Shown in pieces: positions 52,263 to 63,902 of a DNA stretch of 64,000 nt. A program made the translations under genes and the position numbers. Each line of letters starts with the position of its first letter. Position 1 is the stretch's first letter. The notes under the pieces are model-generated. The model was given only the letters and a program-made list of their open reading frames with translations. It ran no database searches and was not told the origin of the DNA. The stretch is from Somniosus microcephalus (Eukaryota), in the NCBI GenBank assembly GCA_052327205.1, contig CM126225.1, positions 45,880,001-45,944,000 of the forward strand. Direction: 5' to 3'.

Positions 52263-53012
52263 GGGCCGGGTATTCCAATCCCTACGGGTGGGTACGCATT
52301 GTATACCCACCTGTAGGGACATAGGAAATGCGCAGTGCATGCCTGAAGCCGGCATGTGCTGGAAACCTGCATTTCCTATCCGTCAAGAAAGCTCTCGACA
52401 GATCCGCCGGCTGCCCAGGAGAAGGGCCGCTGCGGGCGGATAGTTCCGCTTTTTGGAGACCGTCCACCTGCAGAAAACACTTACAATTCTTGTGCCTGGT
52501 AAAAGCAAGCATAAGGCCTGCTTTCACCAGGATAAGAGTTGAAAAAAGTAAAAGTTGTTTAATTTCCACTGATTTATCATTTAAAAATACTTTTAAAAAA
52601 GTTTTTGTAGCCCCGTAAGAAACCTAATTATTTTTTTCAAAAATTTAAAGTTTTGTTTAAAAGAGCTAATTTATTAGACAAGTCATTTAAAAAATGTGAT
52701 TTAAAAAAAAATTTTATTTAAAGTTTTATGTACTATGTTTTGGGGTGATCGCCATTCATATATTTGACAGGTCTTCCTGTCAAGTGTATGAAGGGAGATT
52801 CCCTTCTTTGATTGGCTCCCCATGACCCATGTGATCTCAGGGACGCTGCAAACTACCTGCACCTCTGGGATACGAGGGCCCTGCGCACCGGTAGTTTGGA
52901 GAAGCCCAGAAGCGGAACTGTGCGCGTCCCGGGAGCCCTCATGTAAGGGCGCAGATTTTTCCAGATCGCAGGTCTCCGCCCGCGGGAGGCATGCGATCGG
53001 AATATCAGGGCC
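52263..53012. mobile_element. Non-autonomous Harbinger-like element
   Basis: TIRs gggccgggtattcc / ggaatatcagggcc; 3-bp AAT duplication. Confidence 0.82.
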
Positions 53013-53140
53013 AATATTGGGGTAGTTGGAATCCCCCATGATTATTATGCTATGTTTTTTACTCATTTCCCTAATTTGTCTGCATAGTTCTTCCTCCAAT
53101 TCTCTTCCACTATTAGGTAGTCTGTAGACTACGCCTATTA

Positions 53141-53449
53141 CAGGAAACTGTGTGTTATCCGGAGGCTAACTGTCTGGAATGCTCGAGCCACCGGCAAAAA
53201 TCAGGTGCCGTTTTCGTGGTGTTTTTTTTCTCGTTGCTTTTTTCCTCAACAGTCAAGCTCTGCAAGGTCTGCTGAAGCTGTTGCTAAGCTACAGAGACGC
53301 TTGGACTGTTTAGAAGCAACAGGGTTTGTTGACAGATACGGAGCTCAGAAGCTTCCGTATCTTTCAACATTAGCGCGGGAGTGTCCGGCAGTTTTGAGGG
53401 AACGGCAACAGCTCGGTCCCGTCGGTGCCGGATAGCACAAAGTTTCCTG
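53141..53449. mobile_element. Tc1/mariner (Tigger-like) MITE
   Basis: TIRs caggaaactgtgtgttatccgg / ccggatagcacaaagtttcctg; TA duplication. Confidence 0.88.
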
Positions 53450-53532
53450 TAGTGAGATTGATCCTTTATTATCTTTTATATCTATCCATATGTATTCTAT
53501 TCAATAGTAGCTTTTAAAAGGGAATTGGATAA

Positions 53533-54200
53533 ATACGATGGAGGGTGTACTCAGTGTGAAGACGGGACTTGAGGACAAGTAGCTTTTGCCCCTCGTGCTG
53601 GTTCTCTCACCATCTGTCGCAGGCCCAGACTGACAGTCATGTCCTTCAGGACTCGGCCAGCTCGGTCAGTAGTGGTGCTATCGAGCCACTCTTGGTGATG
53701 GACATTGAAGTCCCCCACCCAGAGTACATTTTGTGCCCTTGCTACTCTCAGTGCTTCTTCCAAGTGGTGTTCAACATGGAGGAGTACTGATTCATCAGCT
53801 GAGGGAGGGCGCTAGGTGGTAATCAGCAGGAGGTTTCCTTGCCCATGCTTGACCTGATGCCATGAGACTTCATGGGGTCCGGAGTCAATGTTGAGGACTC
53901 CAAGGGCCACTCCTTCCCGACTGTATACCACTGTGCCGCCACCCCTGGTGGGTCTGTCCTGCCAGTGGGACAGGACATAGCCAGGGATGGTGATGGAGGA
54001 GTTTGGCACATTGGTTGAAAGGTATGATTGAGTGTATGACTATGTCAAGCTGTTGCTTGACTAGTCTGTGGGACAGCTGTCCCAATTTTGGCACAAGTCC
54101 CCAGATGTTGGCGAGGAGGACTTTGCTGGGCTGGGTGTGCCGTTGCCATGTCCACAACCGGTGCCGAGGTTGATGCTGGGTGGTCCATCCGGTTGGTTTC
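53533..54200 (-). mobile_element. LINE fragment, APE endonuclease domain (same family as 45483-47820)
   Basis: LLANIWGL, DRPTRGGGTVVY, VGDFNVHHQEWL. Confidence 0.88.
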
Positions 54201-55194
54201 TTATTATATAGGTACTGTTAACAAGTTAAAACACAACCTACAAATTGGAGCCCAATATTTTTGCAAGTAAAACTGCAGTTCACATTTTCCCATTATTTAA
54301 TTTATTTTTTATTTCTTTAAATGGCTTAAAATCTCCACATCAAATTTATGAAGGTAATCTTAAAGAATACACTATTGCATAAGTGTTCAAACTCAGTTTC
54401 CTGGATTTTAGCAGATCAGAGATAAAATCAGATTTCTCAACTATTCTTCATTGTTCACTGAACTAGTATGCATTTGTTGCTACGTATATAGCAGTTGACC
54501 TCTTCTGTAATTAGTAAGTTGGGACAGCAAACTCCCAGGGCCGAGTCAACATTTGTAAATTTGAAAACTATTGCATTATTGACCTATATTTATTATTCCT
54601 TGGCCAACGGAGACAATTTCTCCAAGAATGATCTGCAATGACACTACAGAGGTAATAGGGAATAGAACATTTTAATTACAACAGCACTCCAAGTCGAACA
54701 TATTTCCACAGTATTAACGAGTTACATTTTCTTGGTTGAGGTTCTTTATGATTCAATGTTGAGACTTTGGTTACATTCCCTTCAAGTCAAGCTGTTGGTT
54801 GGATGGGGCTCAAATTACAATAAATTAAAATTGGAACTCAAGCCCAAGGGATAGTTCCACACACTCAAAATTCAATGTCACCAATGGAACTATATTACAA
54901 AAAAATAACCAGACACTACTACACTATCACCTCTGAAAATAAAGAATAAATTCAGCATGAACAGAAACTCAATCAGGAGTCTCACAAACTCACTGCCTCT
55001 CCATTACACAGAGGGTGAATTTACACTAGTTTAGCATTGGTACGAAGCAATTTCAGCTTTGCACCAACAATAAACTTGTTGTATAAATCAGGTGCTAATG
55101 CCGGAAGAGACTCTGAAGTGAAACAGACTGAGACTTTTGCTTCACACCAGTCAGTTTGGGACTCTACTTCTGATTAGGCTGCATTTATAACTAC

Positions 55195-55900
55195 AGGAAC
55201 AACAACAACTTGCATTTATATAGCATCATTAATGTAGGAAAGCATTGCATGGTGCACCACAGGAGCAAAAATGTTGACACCGAGCCAAAGGAGATATTAC
55301 AGTGGGTGATTGCAAGTTTGGTCGAAGAGGTAGGTTTTAATGAATGTCTGAAACGAGAAGAGGAAGGTGGCAAGATCGAGAGAAAATCCCAAAGCTTAGG
55401 GCCTTGATGACTGAAAGCATGACCGCCAATGGTGGTGCGAAAGGAGTGGGGGCTGCACAAGAGGTCAAAGTTGGAGGAACGCAGAGATCTCGAAGGGCTT
55501 TACAGATGTAGGTTACAGAAACAGGCAGGGGCGAGGCAATGGAGGGATTTGAAAAGGATGAGAATTTTAAAACTGATGCGCTAGTGGTCCAGGAGCCAAT
55601 GCAAGTCAGCGAGCACAGGGGTGATGGGTGAGCAAGACTTGGTGCAGATTAGGATATGAACAGCAGATGAATTCAAGTTTATGGAGGGTGGAAGATGGAA
55701 GGCTGCATCCAACAAAAGCATGATGAGAGTTTCAGCAGCAGATAAGCGGAGGCAGAGATTGACGATGCTATGGAGATGGAAGTAGGCGGTCTAGGTGATG
55801 GAGAGGATGTGTGGTTGGAAGCTCATCTCAGGCTTAAAATGGGATGTCAAGCTTGCCAACAGTTTGGTTCAGCCTAAGACAGCGGCAAGAGGAGGGGTGG
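55195..55900 (-). mobile_element. L2 3' fragment
   Basis: Homologous to 12840-13620. Confidence 0.85.
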
Positions 55901-56364
55901 AATAGTGTGACGATAAACTGCTTTCCACTAATGCTACAACTGTAATGTAAATGAAACCAGGAAATAAATTTACAGCTGCAAGATTAATGGTTTCACATTT
56001 TTTGGGGCTCATTTGCACTAACTTTACTGCAACATATGAAAATTTCTATTAGTCAGAAATATTCAACTTGTGTAAAATGCTGGAGGAACACATCTGCTAC
56101 TTCATTCAAGTGGCCAGTATTCATATGTAAATGTTCAGGCTATTCAACCAGTCAAGGCCTCGCTACAAAGCTCCATGCTACCACCATCCACACACACACG
56201 CACCAAAGCACAGCAAAAAAGTGTGGGGTGGGGGAGAAAGAGAGAGGGGTGTCACTGGATAGTCATCAGGAGCTGGAACCTTGTATTTGCCCCTTCCTAT
56301 CCAATGACTGTCCAAGCTGATTAGCCTACCTCAATCATCAAACTTGAAACCTTGCTTGTCTATA

Positions 56365-57115
56365 TGGATAGCAAACTGGCTAAGTAACAGAAAACATAAG
56401 GTTAAAAGATAGGTACTCAGACTGGCAGGTGGGAAGTGGCATTCCACAGGGATCAGTTCTGGAACCACTGTTGTTCACAATTTACATAAATGATTTTTAC
56501 TCCAGAATCAGAAGTACAATTTCAAAATTTGTGGATGCCACCAAATTGGGTATAGTTAACACTGAGGAAGACCGTGACAAAATACAAGAAAACATTAGCA
56601 AACATGCAGAATGGGTGCATAAATGGCAAATGAATTTCAATATAGTTGCACAAAGTGGTACATTTTGGTAGGAGGAACAAGGAGGACGCCTACTCCTTGG
56701 AAAATAAGAGTCTAAATGAGGTAGAGGCACAAAGGGATATAGGGGTACAGATTCACAAATTAAAAGTAGGTTAACAAAGCCATAAAAAGTGCAAAGCACT
56801 GGGGTTCATTTCTAGGAACAGAAATCAAAACCAGAGAAGTTACATTAAAATGATATAGAACCTTGGTTAGACCACACTTAAAAAAAGTACTGCGTACAGT
56901 TTTGGTCTCCATATTACAAGAATATAGAAGCACTGGAGAAGGTGCTAAAAAAAAATTCCCAAGGATGATACCAAAATTGAAAGGGTACAAATTTATCAGG
57001 AAAGATTGAATCGGCTGGGGCTCTTCTCCGAGAGGTGCTCCGATAGAAGTCTTCAAATTATTATTTAAAAAAAGGAGTTTGATAGGTTAGACGTCGAGAA
57101 GATGTTTTCACTGAG
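56365..57115 (+). mobile_element. Old CR1 fragment
   Basis: GIPQGSVLEPLLFTIYIND, SKFVDATKL. Confidence 0.85.
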
Positions 57116-57139
57116 AAGAGAGATTTCTGGTACCATGTT

Positions 57140-57620
57140 GAGAGGCCGGGTCGGGTTCCGAGGCGGCTCTGTCGCAGCCAGCCTGGGGTCTGGGGCCTCC
57201 CCCGGTAGGATGGCGCGGACAAGGCCTGGCCGACAGCGACGCCGCTCGCATCTATATAGATAGCCCCTTTAAGGTAGTAAAACATCCAAAAAAGGCATTT
57301 TTTAAAACACAAAGTTTGCCCTCAGAGGCCGGGGCATTTACCTGGAAGCCGCTCGCCCCCTTTCTCTCAGACACTGACTCTCGGTCGCTCCTGCCGTGCT
57401 AAATGGCCGCCCGCTCCGCACCCACGGCCGCCCTTACGTACGTGCGCGTGCTTACGTGCGCGCCGCCGCTGATCGACAGCCCGAGTAACCAATCAGCGCC
57501 CCGCGCTGGGGCCTCCAGCGTGGCGTTTGGGGCGTTTCCCTCCCCCTATACCAATCGCTTTGTTCATACGTGTTGCAACAGAGAGTGGACTTCCTGGATC
57601 CACCCTTGTCTAAAGGAAGG
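57140..57620 (-). promoter_or_regulatory. CpG-island promoter of the ARF gene
   Basis: CpG-dense; YY1-like aaatggccgc 57401-57410; CCAAT at 57489 and 57551; ACGT/GCGC cluster 57434-57465; ETS-like acttcc 57589. Confidence 0.75.
57342..57405 (-). other. ARF1-like: Non-coding exon 1 of the ARF gene (TSS approximate)
   Basis: Donor CAG|GTAAATG at 57342/57341 inside the CpG island; class I ARFs have a non-coding first exon. Confidence 0.7.
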
Positions 57621-57736
57621 AAGGAAAGAAGGCGCTTGCTTAATCTGGTTGAATTGTCTCTCTTGCGCAATAGTCACTAACTTTTGAAATATTTTTCTCC
57701 TCAATTTGTTTGACTGCACTTTGGGGAACTCCAATC

Positions 57737-57833
57737 ACACCAAACTTGGACCAGTTTCAAGTAGACCAACCCTAAAACATAGTGGAATAGTATACCATAT
57801 ATAATAAATAACCTCACTTTACACAATGCTTAT
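57737..57833. repeat. 97-bp direct repeat, left copy (partner 59870-59966)
   Basis: acaccaaacttggacc...acacaatgcttat; about 6 substitutions between the copies. Confidence 0.95.
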
Positions 57834-58500
57834 ATCCTCTTCTGCCATCCAGACACGCCTTGGTGCACCATCTTGCTGTCCGGCGGAGGAGGGGGTCCCC
57901 AATGGAGGGCTCTCTACGCGGAAGTCCTCCCTTTATCTATTGAGGACCTGGCCTGGAGGGTGTTGCACGGAGCAGCCGCATGCAATATGGTTTTAAATAG
58001 GTTCACGGACTCCCAGGCCGCCTGCCTTTTCTGCGGCCTGGAGGAGTCCGTGTTTCATGTTTACTTAGAATTTGAGAGGTTGCAGCCCCTCTTTCATTAC
58101 TTGAAGGGGCTGCTCCTCGATTTTTGGCTGCACTTCAGTCCCACGCTCTTGATCTATGGTCACCCGGTGCGGAGGGGAGTGGGCAGGTTGGAGGACCTCC
58201 TCGTGGGACTGCTCCTGGGCCTGGCCAAGAAAGCCATTAATTGGTCCAGGCAGTGGGCGGTCAAGGGGGTCGTTCAGCCAGATTGCCTGCCTCTCTTCCG
58301 CGGCCATGTTCGCGCCCGGGTGGCCCTGGAGATGGAGCACGCGGTGTCCGCCGGCACGCTTGAGTATTTCCGCGACCGGTGGGCGCCGCGGGGATTGGAG
58401 TGCATCATCAACCCAGCCAACACAATTTTAATTTGATTTGTTTAAGTTTCATTTAAAGTTTTATTAGTTACAGTTAAATTTGTTAAAAGTTCAAAAGAGT
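57834..58500 (+). mobile_element. Tx1-clade non-LTR retrotransposon 3' fragment, copy 1
   Basis: PDTPW, DLAWRVLHGA, CLFCGLEESVFHVY zinc-binding motif, LLLGLAKKAI, FRDRWAP; ends aaaagagt. Confidence 0.88.
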
Positions 58501-58513
58501 ACACAATGCTCAT

Positions 58514-59183
58514 ATCCTCGTCTGCCATCCAGACACGCCTTGGTGCACCATCTTGCTGTCCGGCGGAGGAGGGGGTCCCCAATGGAGGGCTCTCTACGCG
58601 GGAGTCCTCCCTTTATCTATTGAGGACCTGGCCTGGAGGGTGTTGCACAGAGCAGCCCCATGCAATATGGTTTTAAATAGGTTCACGGACTCCCAGGCCG
58701 CCTGCCTTTTCTGTGGCCTGGAGGAGTCCGTGTTTCATGTTTATATGGAGTGTGAGAGGTTGCAGCCACTCTTTCACTGCTTGAAGGGGCTGCTCCTCGA
58801 TTTTTGGCTGCACTTCAGTCCCACGCTCTTGATCTACGGTCACCTGGTGCGGAGGGGAGCGGGCAGGTTGGAGGACCTCCTTGTAGGCCTGCTCCTGGGC
58901 CTGGCTAAAAAAGCCATCAATTGGTCCAGGCAGCGGGCGGTCGAGGGGGTCGTTCAGCCAGATTGCCTGCCTCTCTTCCGCGGCCATGTTCGCGCCCGGG
59001 TGGCCCTGGAGATGGAGCACGCGGTGTCCGCCGGCACGCTTGAGTACTTCCGCGACCGGTGGGCGCCGCGGGGACTGGAGTGCGTCATCGATTCGGATAA
59101 CATAATTTTAATTTGATTTGTTAAGGTTCATTTAAAATTTGATTAATTTACAGACAATTTGTTTTTAGTCCAATCAGAAGAGT
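58514..59183 (+). mobile_element. Tx1-clade 3' fragment, copy 2
   Basis: As copy 1; preceded by the spacer acacaatgctcat. Confidence 0.88.
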
Positions 59184-59196
59184 ACACAATGCTCAT

Positions 59197-59869
59197 ATCC
59201 TCGTCTGCCATCCAGACACGCCTTGGTGCACCATCTTGCTGTCCGGCGGAGGAGGGGGTCCCCAATGGAGGGCTCTCTACGCGGGAGTCCTCCCTTTATC
59301 TGTTGAGGACCTGGCTTGGAGGGTGTTGCACAGAGCAGCCCCATGCAATTTGGTTTTAAATAGATTCACGGACTACCAGGCCGCCTGCCTTTTCTGTGGC
59401 CTGGAGGAGTCCGTGTTTCATGTTTACATGGAGTGTGAGAGGTTGCAGCCCCTCTTTCACTGCTTGAAGGGGCTGCTCCTCGATTTTTGGCTGCACTTCA
59501 GTCCCACGCTCTTGATCTATGGTCACCCGGTGCGGAGGGGAGCGGGCAGGTTGGAGGACCTCCTCGTAGGACTGCAGCTGGGCCTGGCCAAGAAAGCCAT
59601 TAATTGGTCCAGGCAGCGGGCGCTCGAGGGGGTCGTTCGGCCCGACTGCCTGCCTCTATTCCACGGCCACGTTCGCGCCCAGGTGGCCCTGGAGATGGAG
59701 CACGCGGTGTCTGCCGGCACGCTCGAGGCCTTCCGCGACCGGTGGACGCCGCGGGGACTGGAGTGCATTATCACCACCGGGCACCAAATTTTAATTTAAG
59801 TTGTTAAGTTTCATTTAATGTTTTTTTTTAAGTTACAGTTTATTTGTTTATGGTCCATACCAAAAGAGT
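59197..59869 (+). mobile_element. Tx1-clade 3' fragment, copy 3
   Basis: As copy 1; preceded by the same spacer. Confidence 0.88.
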
Positions 59870-59966
59870 ACACCAAACTTGGACCAGTTTCAAATAGAGC
59901 AACCCTAAAACATAATGGAATAATATACCATATATAATAAATAACCCCACTTTACACAATGCTCAT
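59870..59966. repeat. 97-bp direct repeat, right copy
   Basis: Matches 57737-57833. Confidence 0.95.
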
Positions 59967-60003
59967 GGAAGCAGAGGGAAGGGAACAAATAACATGTTTG
60001 AGA

Positions 60004-61220
60004 GCGTCACCCTTGGCTCAGTGGTAGCATTCTTGCTTCTGAGTCAGAGGGCCTTCAACCCCAGTCTAGACTAGAGACTTGAGCACATCATCAAGGCTGA
60101 CACTTCAGTGCACTATTGAGGGAGTGCTGCACTGTCAGAAGTGCCATTTTTCAGGTGAGATGTTAAACTGAGGGTCCATCTGCCCTCTCAGGTGGATTTA
60201 AAACAATCCTATGGCACTATTTGAAGAAGAGCAGGTGAGTTCTCTCCAGTGTCCTGGTGAACATTTACCCCCCAACCAACATCACCAAAACACATCATGG
60301 CCCTGAATTTCCAATTGGAGGCTTCCTGCGGGCGGATGCCTCCAATCAGAATAAAATCTACGAACTTGCCTGCTGGTTCCATAGATCCCAAGGCTTGCGA
60401 TCCTGGGCTTCTCCTCTTCGAAATGCGTAGAGGCCCAGGTATCCCAGGGGTGCATGCGGTTCGCAAGACTTTCCTGGGATCACGTGGGCCAGGCGAACCA
60501 ATCAAAGAAGGGAATCCCCATCACACTTTTGACAGTTCCGTATGCACAGAACTGTCAAAAGTATGAATGGGGATCACAGTTAAAAACACACTAAAACATT
60601 AAATAATTTTTTTATTACCTATTTAAAATTAATTAAAATGCCATTTAATTAAATATTTTAAACAAAAATTTAATTTTTGGAAATTTAAAAAAAATGTTTT
60701 TATGAAGCTAAAAATAAACTTACCTTTTTTAAGGGTATTTTTAATTTATAAATTAGTGATCAAATTTTATTTTTTTTAATTCTAATGCTGGTAAAAGCAG
60801 GCCTTACGCAGGCATTAGACTTGACAGGCTTTCAGTGGGCGGAAGCTGTGCAAAAAGCGCAACTCTCCGCCCGCGGAGGCACTTTTCTTGGGCATGTGGA
60901 TGATCTGTCGAGAATTCTTGACAGACCGCAAGTGTCAGGTATCAGCACATGCGCTTCACCTGCCTGAAACCGGCACTTGCGTGGCCCCTGCGGGTGCGTG
61001 CGCACCTCGTACCCACCCGTGGGGGTCGAAAAATACGGCTCATTATCTGGACATTTATCTTATTTCTGTTTGTGGGACCTTGCTGTGCGCATATTGGCTG
61101 CCACATTTCCCTGCACTATTACAATGATTGCACTTCAAAAAAAAAGTATTTAATTGGCTGTGAAGTTTTTTGGGATGTCATGAGGTCGTGCAAGGCGCTA
61201 TATAAATGCAAGTTCCTTTT
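60004..61220 (+). mobile_element. SacSINE1-type SINE split by a MITE (60004-60298 and 61042-61220)
   Basis: SINE sequence resumes at attatctgg after the insert. Confidence 0.85.
60299..61041. mobile_element. Non-autonomous Harbinger-like element, same family as 52263-53012, opposite orientation
   Basis: ggccctgaatttcc start; shared blocks acgggtgggtacg and tctcgacagatc. Confidence 0.8.
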
Positions 61221-61719
61221 TTGGGGGTTTTTTCAGTTTATCTGAGAATGTAAGATAATTTTTATGTACAAGAAATATCAGACTTAATTTTTTTCCAGTA
61301 TAAAACCTATGGCTTACGATACCCTCCATATACCAAGAATAACCTGAGTCATCCAATGGGGGAGCACTGACCCTTAAGACTTTGTTGTCATGGTTATTTA
61401 CACTCATGTACACTCCATGACTGAAGATCACATTGAATAGAGGGAATCTATGACAGGCTTAATCTATATTGTGAGAGACTTTATAAGATCTTCCAGAGGA
61501 TTTTGTAGAGTCTCTTTGATGTGGGGTTATATAGAGTATGTGCATAAATACATACCAATGTCCTGACCGGTGGCAATTCTAACATCTATTTACTGCAATG
61601 CAGTCAGTGGCAAGCAAGTTATTAAACAATATTTATATTTGGTTTACAAATTACACCATAGATTTTGAATGCCAGTAATATAATTTTAGTAACAGATTAA
61701 ATTAATTCCAGTAATACTA

Positions 61720-61890
61720 CTGGAGTGCAAGTCCACAGATCCCTGAAGGTAGCAGGACAGGTGGATAAGGTGGTTAAGAAGGCATATGGGATACTTGCCT
61801 TATTAGAATATAAGAGCGTGGAGGTTATGCTTGAACTGTATAAAATGCTAGTTAGGCCTCAACTAGAGTACTGCGTGCAGTTCTGGTCAC
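61720..61890 (+). mobile_element. CR1 ORF2 fragment
   Basis: VHRSLKVAGQVDKVVKKAYG...LEYCVQFWSP. Confidence 0.9.
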
Positions 61891-62720
61891 CACTGGCGGC
61901 AGCAGCGAGAGCGGCCCTGGGTGGAGACGGAGCGCGGAGACCGAGGAATTAAAGAGCGGGGAGCAAGAGCAGCCCAGTCACACCAGCGGCAGCAGTGAGA
62001 GCGGCCCTGGGTGGAGACTGAGCGTGGAGACCGAGGAGTTAAAGAGCGCGGAGCGAGAGTGGCCCAGACACACCGGCGGCAGCAGTGAGAGCGGCCCTGG
62101 GTGGAGACGGAGCGCGGAGACCGAGGAGTTAAAGAGCGGGGAGTGAGAGCAGCCCAAACACACCGGCGGCAGCTGTGAGAGCGGCCCTGGGTGGAGACAG
62201 AGCGCGGAGACCGAGGAGTTAAAGAGCGGGGAGAGAGAGCGGCCCAGACACACCGGCGGCAGCAGTGAGAGCGGCCTTGGGTGGAGACTGAGCGCGGAGA
62301 GCGAGGAGTTAAAGAGCGGGGAGCGAGAGCGGCCCAGACACACCGGCGGCAGCAGTGAGAGCGGCCCTGGGTGGAGATGAAGCGCGGAGACCGAGGAGTT
62401 AAGGAGCGGGGAGCGAGAGCGGCCCAGACACACCGGCGGCAGCAGTGAGAGCGGCCCTGGGTGGAGACTGAGCGCGGAGATCGAGGAGTTAAAGAACGGG
62501 GAGCAAGAGCGGCCCAGACACACCGGCGGCAGCAGTGAGAGTGGCCCTGGGTGGAGACTGAGCGCGGAGAGCGAGGAGTTAAAGAGCGGGGAGTGAGAGC
62601 GGCCCAGACACACCGGCGGCAGCAGTGAGAGTGGCCCTGGGTGGAGACTGAGCGCGGAGAGCGAGGAGTTAAAGAGCGGGGAGTGAGAGCGGCCCAGACA
62701 CACCAGCGGCAGCAGTGAGA
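61891..62720 (+). repeat. 90-bp tandem monomers (9 full plus 20 bp) in a CR1 5' region
   Basis: Units start at 61891, 61981 ... 62611, 62701. Confidence 0.97.
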
Positions 62721-62952
62721 AGTAAAAAGTAATTGAAATGTGACGTCACCAGAAAGCAGGTAAGTGATTGGTTGGTGAGTATTTCTCTTGCTTTTTTCCA
62801 AACTTAATTTTTGTGGTTTAAAGTTTCTATGGTCTCTGTTGTGTAGCGGGGAGTGGTAGTAAAGAAGGGCTCTTGAATATATCATTTAATTGTAGTGTAA
62901 TTAGTGGTATTGATTTGATTTAATTTAATTTGAATTAATTAAAGGGTAATTC

Positions 62953-63902
62953 ATGGCAAGACAGCTCGGCCCCGTGGCATGCTCTTCCTGCACTATGTGG
63001 GAAATCAGGGACACTTCCTGTGTCCCTGTCGATCATGTGTGCGGGAAGTGTATCCAGCTGCAGCTACTGACAGACCGCATTGTGGCGCTGGAGCTGCGAA
63101 TGGATACATACAAAGCATTCGCGATGCTGAGGATATCGTGGATAGCACGTTTAGGGAGTTGGTCACACCACAGGTAAAGGCTGCACAGGCAGGAAGGAAA
63201 TGGGTGACCACCAGGCAGAGTAGTAGGCACAGGCAGGTAGTGCAGGGGTCCCCTGTGGCCATCCCCCTTTCAAACAGTTATACCACTTTGGATATTGTTG
63301 AGGGAGATGGCTTATCGGGGGAAGGCAGCAGCAGCCAACTTCCTGGCACCATGGGTGGTCCTGCTGCACAGGACGGGAGGAAAAAGAGCGGGAGAGCTAT
63401 AGTGACAGGGGATTCTATTGTAAGGGGAATAGATAGGTGTTTCTGCGGCCGCAAACGAGACTCCAGGATGGTATGTTGCCTCCCTGGTGCAAGGTTCAAG
63501 GATGTCTCGGGGCGGCTGCAGGGCATTCTGGAGGGGGAGGGTGAACAGCCAGTTGTCGTGGTGCATATAGGTACCAATGATATAGGTAAAAAACAGGATG
63601 AGGTACTAAAAGCTGAATATAGGGAGTTAGGAGGTAAATTAAAAAATAGGACCTCAAGGGTAGTAATCTCAGGATTGCTACCAGTACCACGTGCGAGTCA
63701 GAGTAGAAATAGAAGGATATTTCAGATGAATACATGGCTAGAGGAATGGTGCAAGGGGGAGGGATTCAAATTTCTGGGACATTGGAACCGGTTCTGGGGG
63801 AGGTGGAACAAGTACAAACTGGACGGTTTACACCTGGGCGGGACCAGAACCGATGTCCTAGGGGGAGTGTTTGCTACTGCTGTTGGGGAGGGTTTAAACT
63901 AA
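62953..63902 (+). pseudogene. CR1 ORF1 (Cys zinc finger, coiled coil, SGNH/GDSL esterase-like) with one frameshift near 63105
   Basis: CSSC...CGKC; GDSIVRG, CLPGA, VHIGTND, DGLHL; the 62953 frame joins the 62979 frame at QSIRDAE. Confidence 0.88.

Larger units (their letters stand above)
51560..53500 (-). mobile_element. CR1 ORF2 endonuclease-region fragment interrupted by two MITEs
   Basis: IIIMGDSNYPNI|NWT rejoins across the 52263-53012 insert. Confidence 0.85.

Noticed and set aside
57737-59966. CRISPR array or triplicated host gene
   Set aside because: Eukaryotic context with no cas genes; the units are homologous Tx1 ORF2 ends lacking an initiating ATG.
61887-62885. 332-aa and 241-aa Cys/Arg-rich repetitive ORFs
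   Set aside because: Produced by a 90-bp repeat (a multiple of 3) read antisense to the CR1 5' region.
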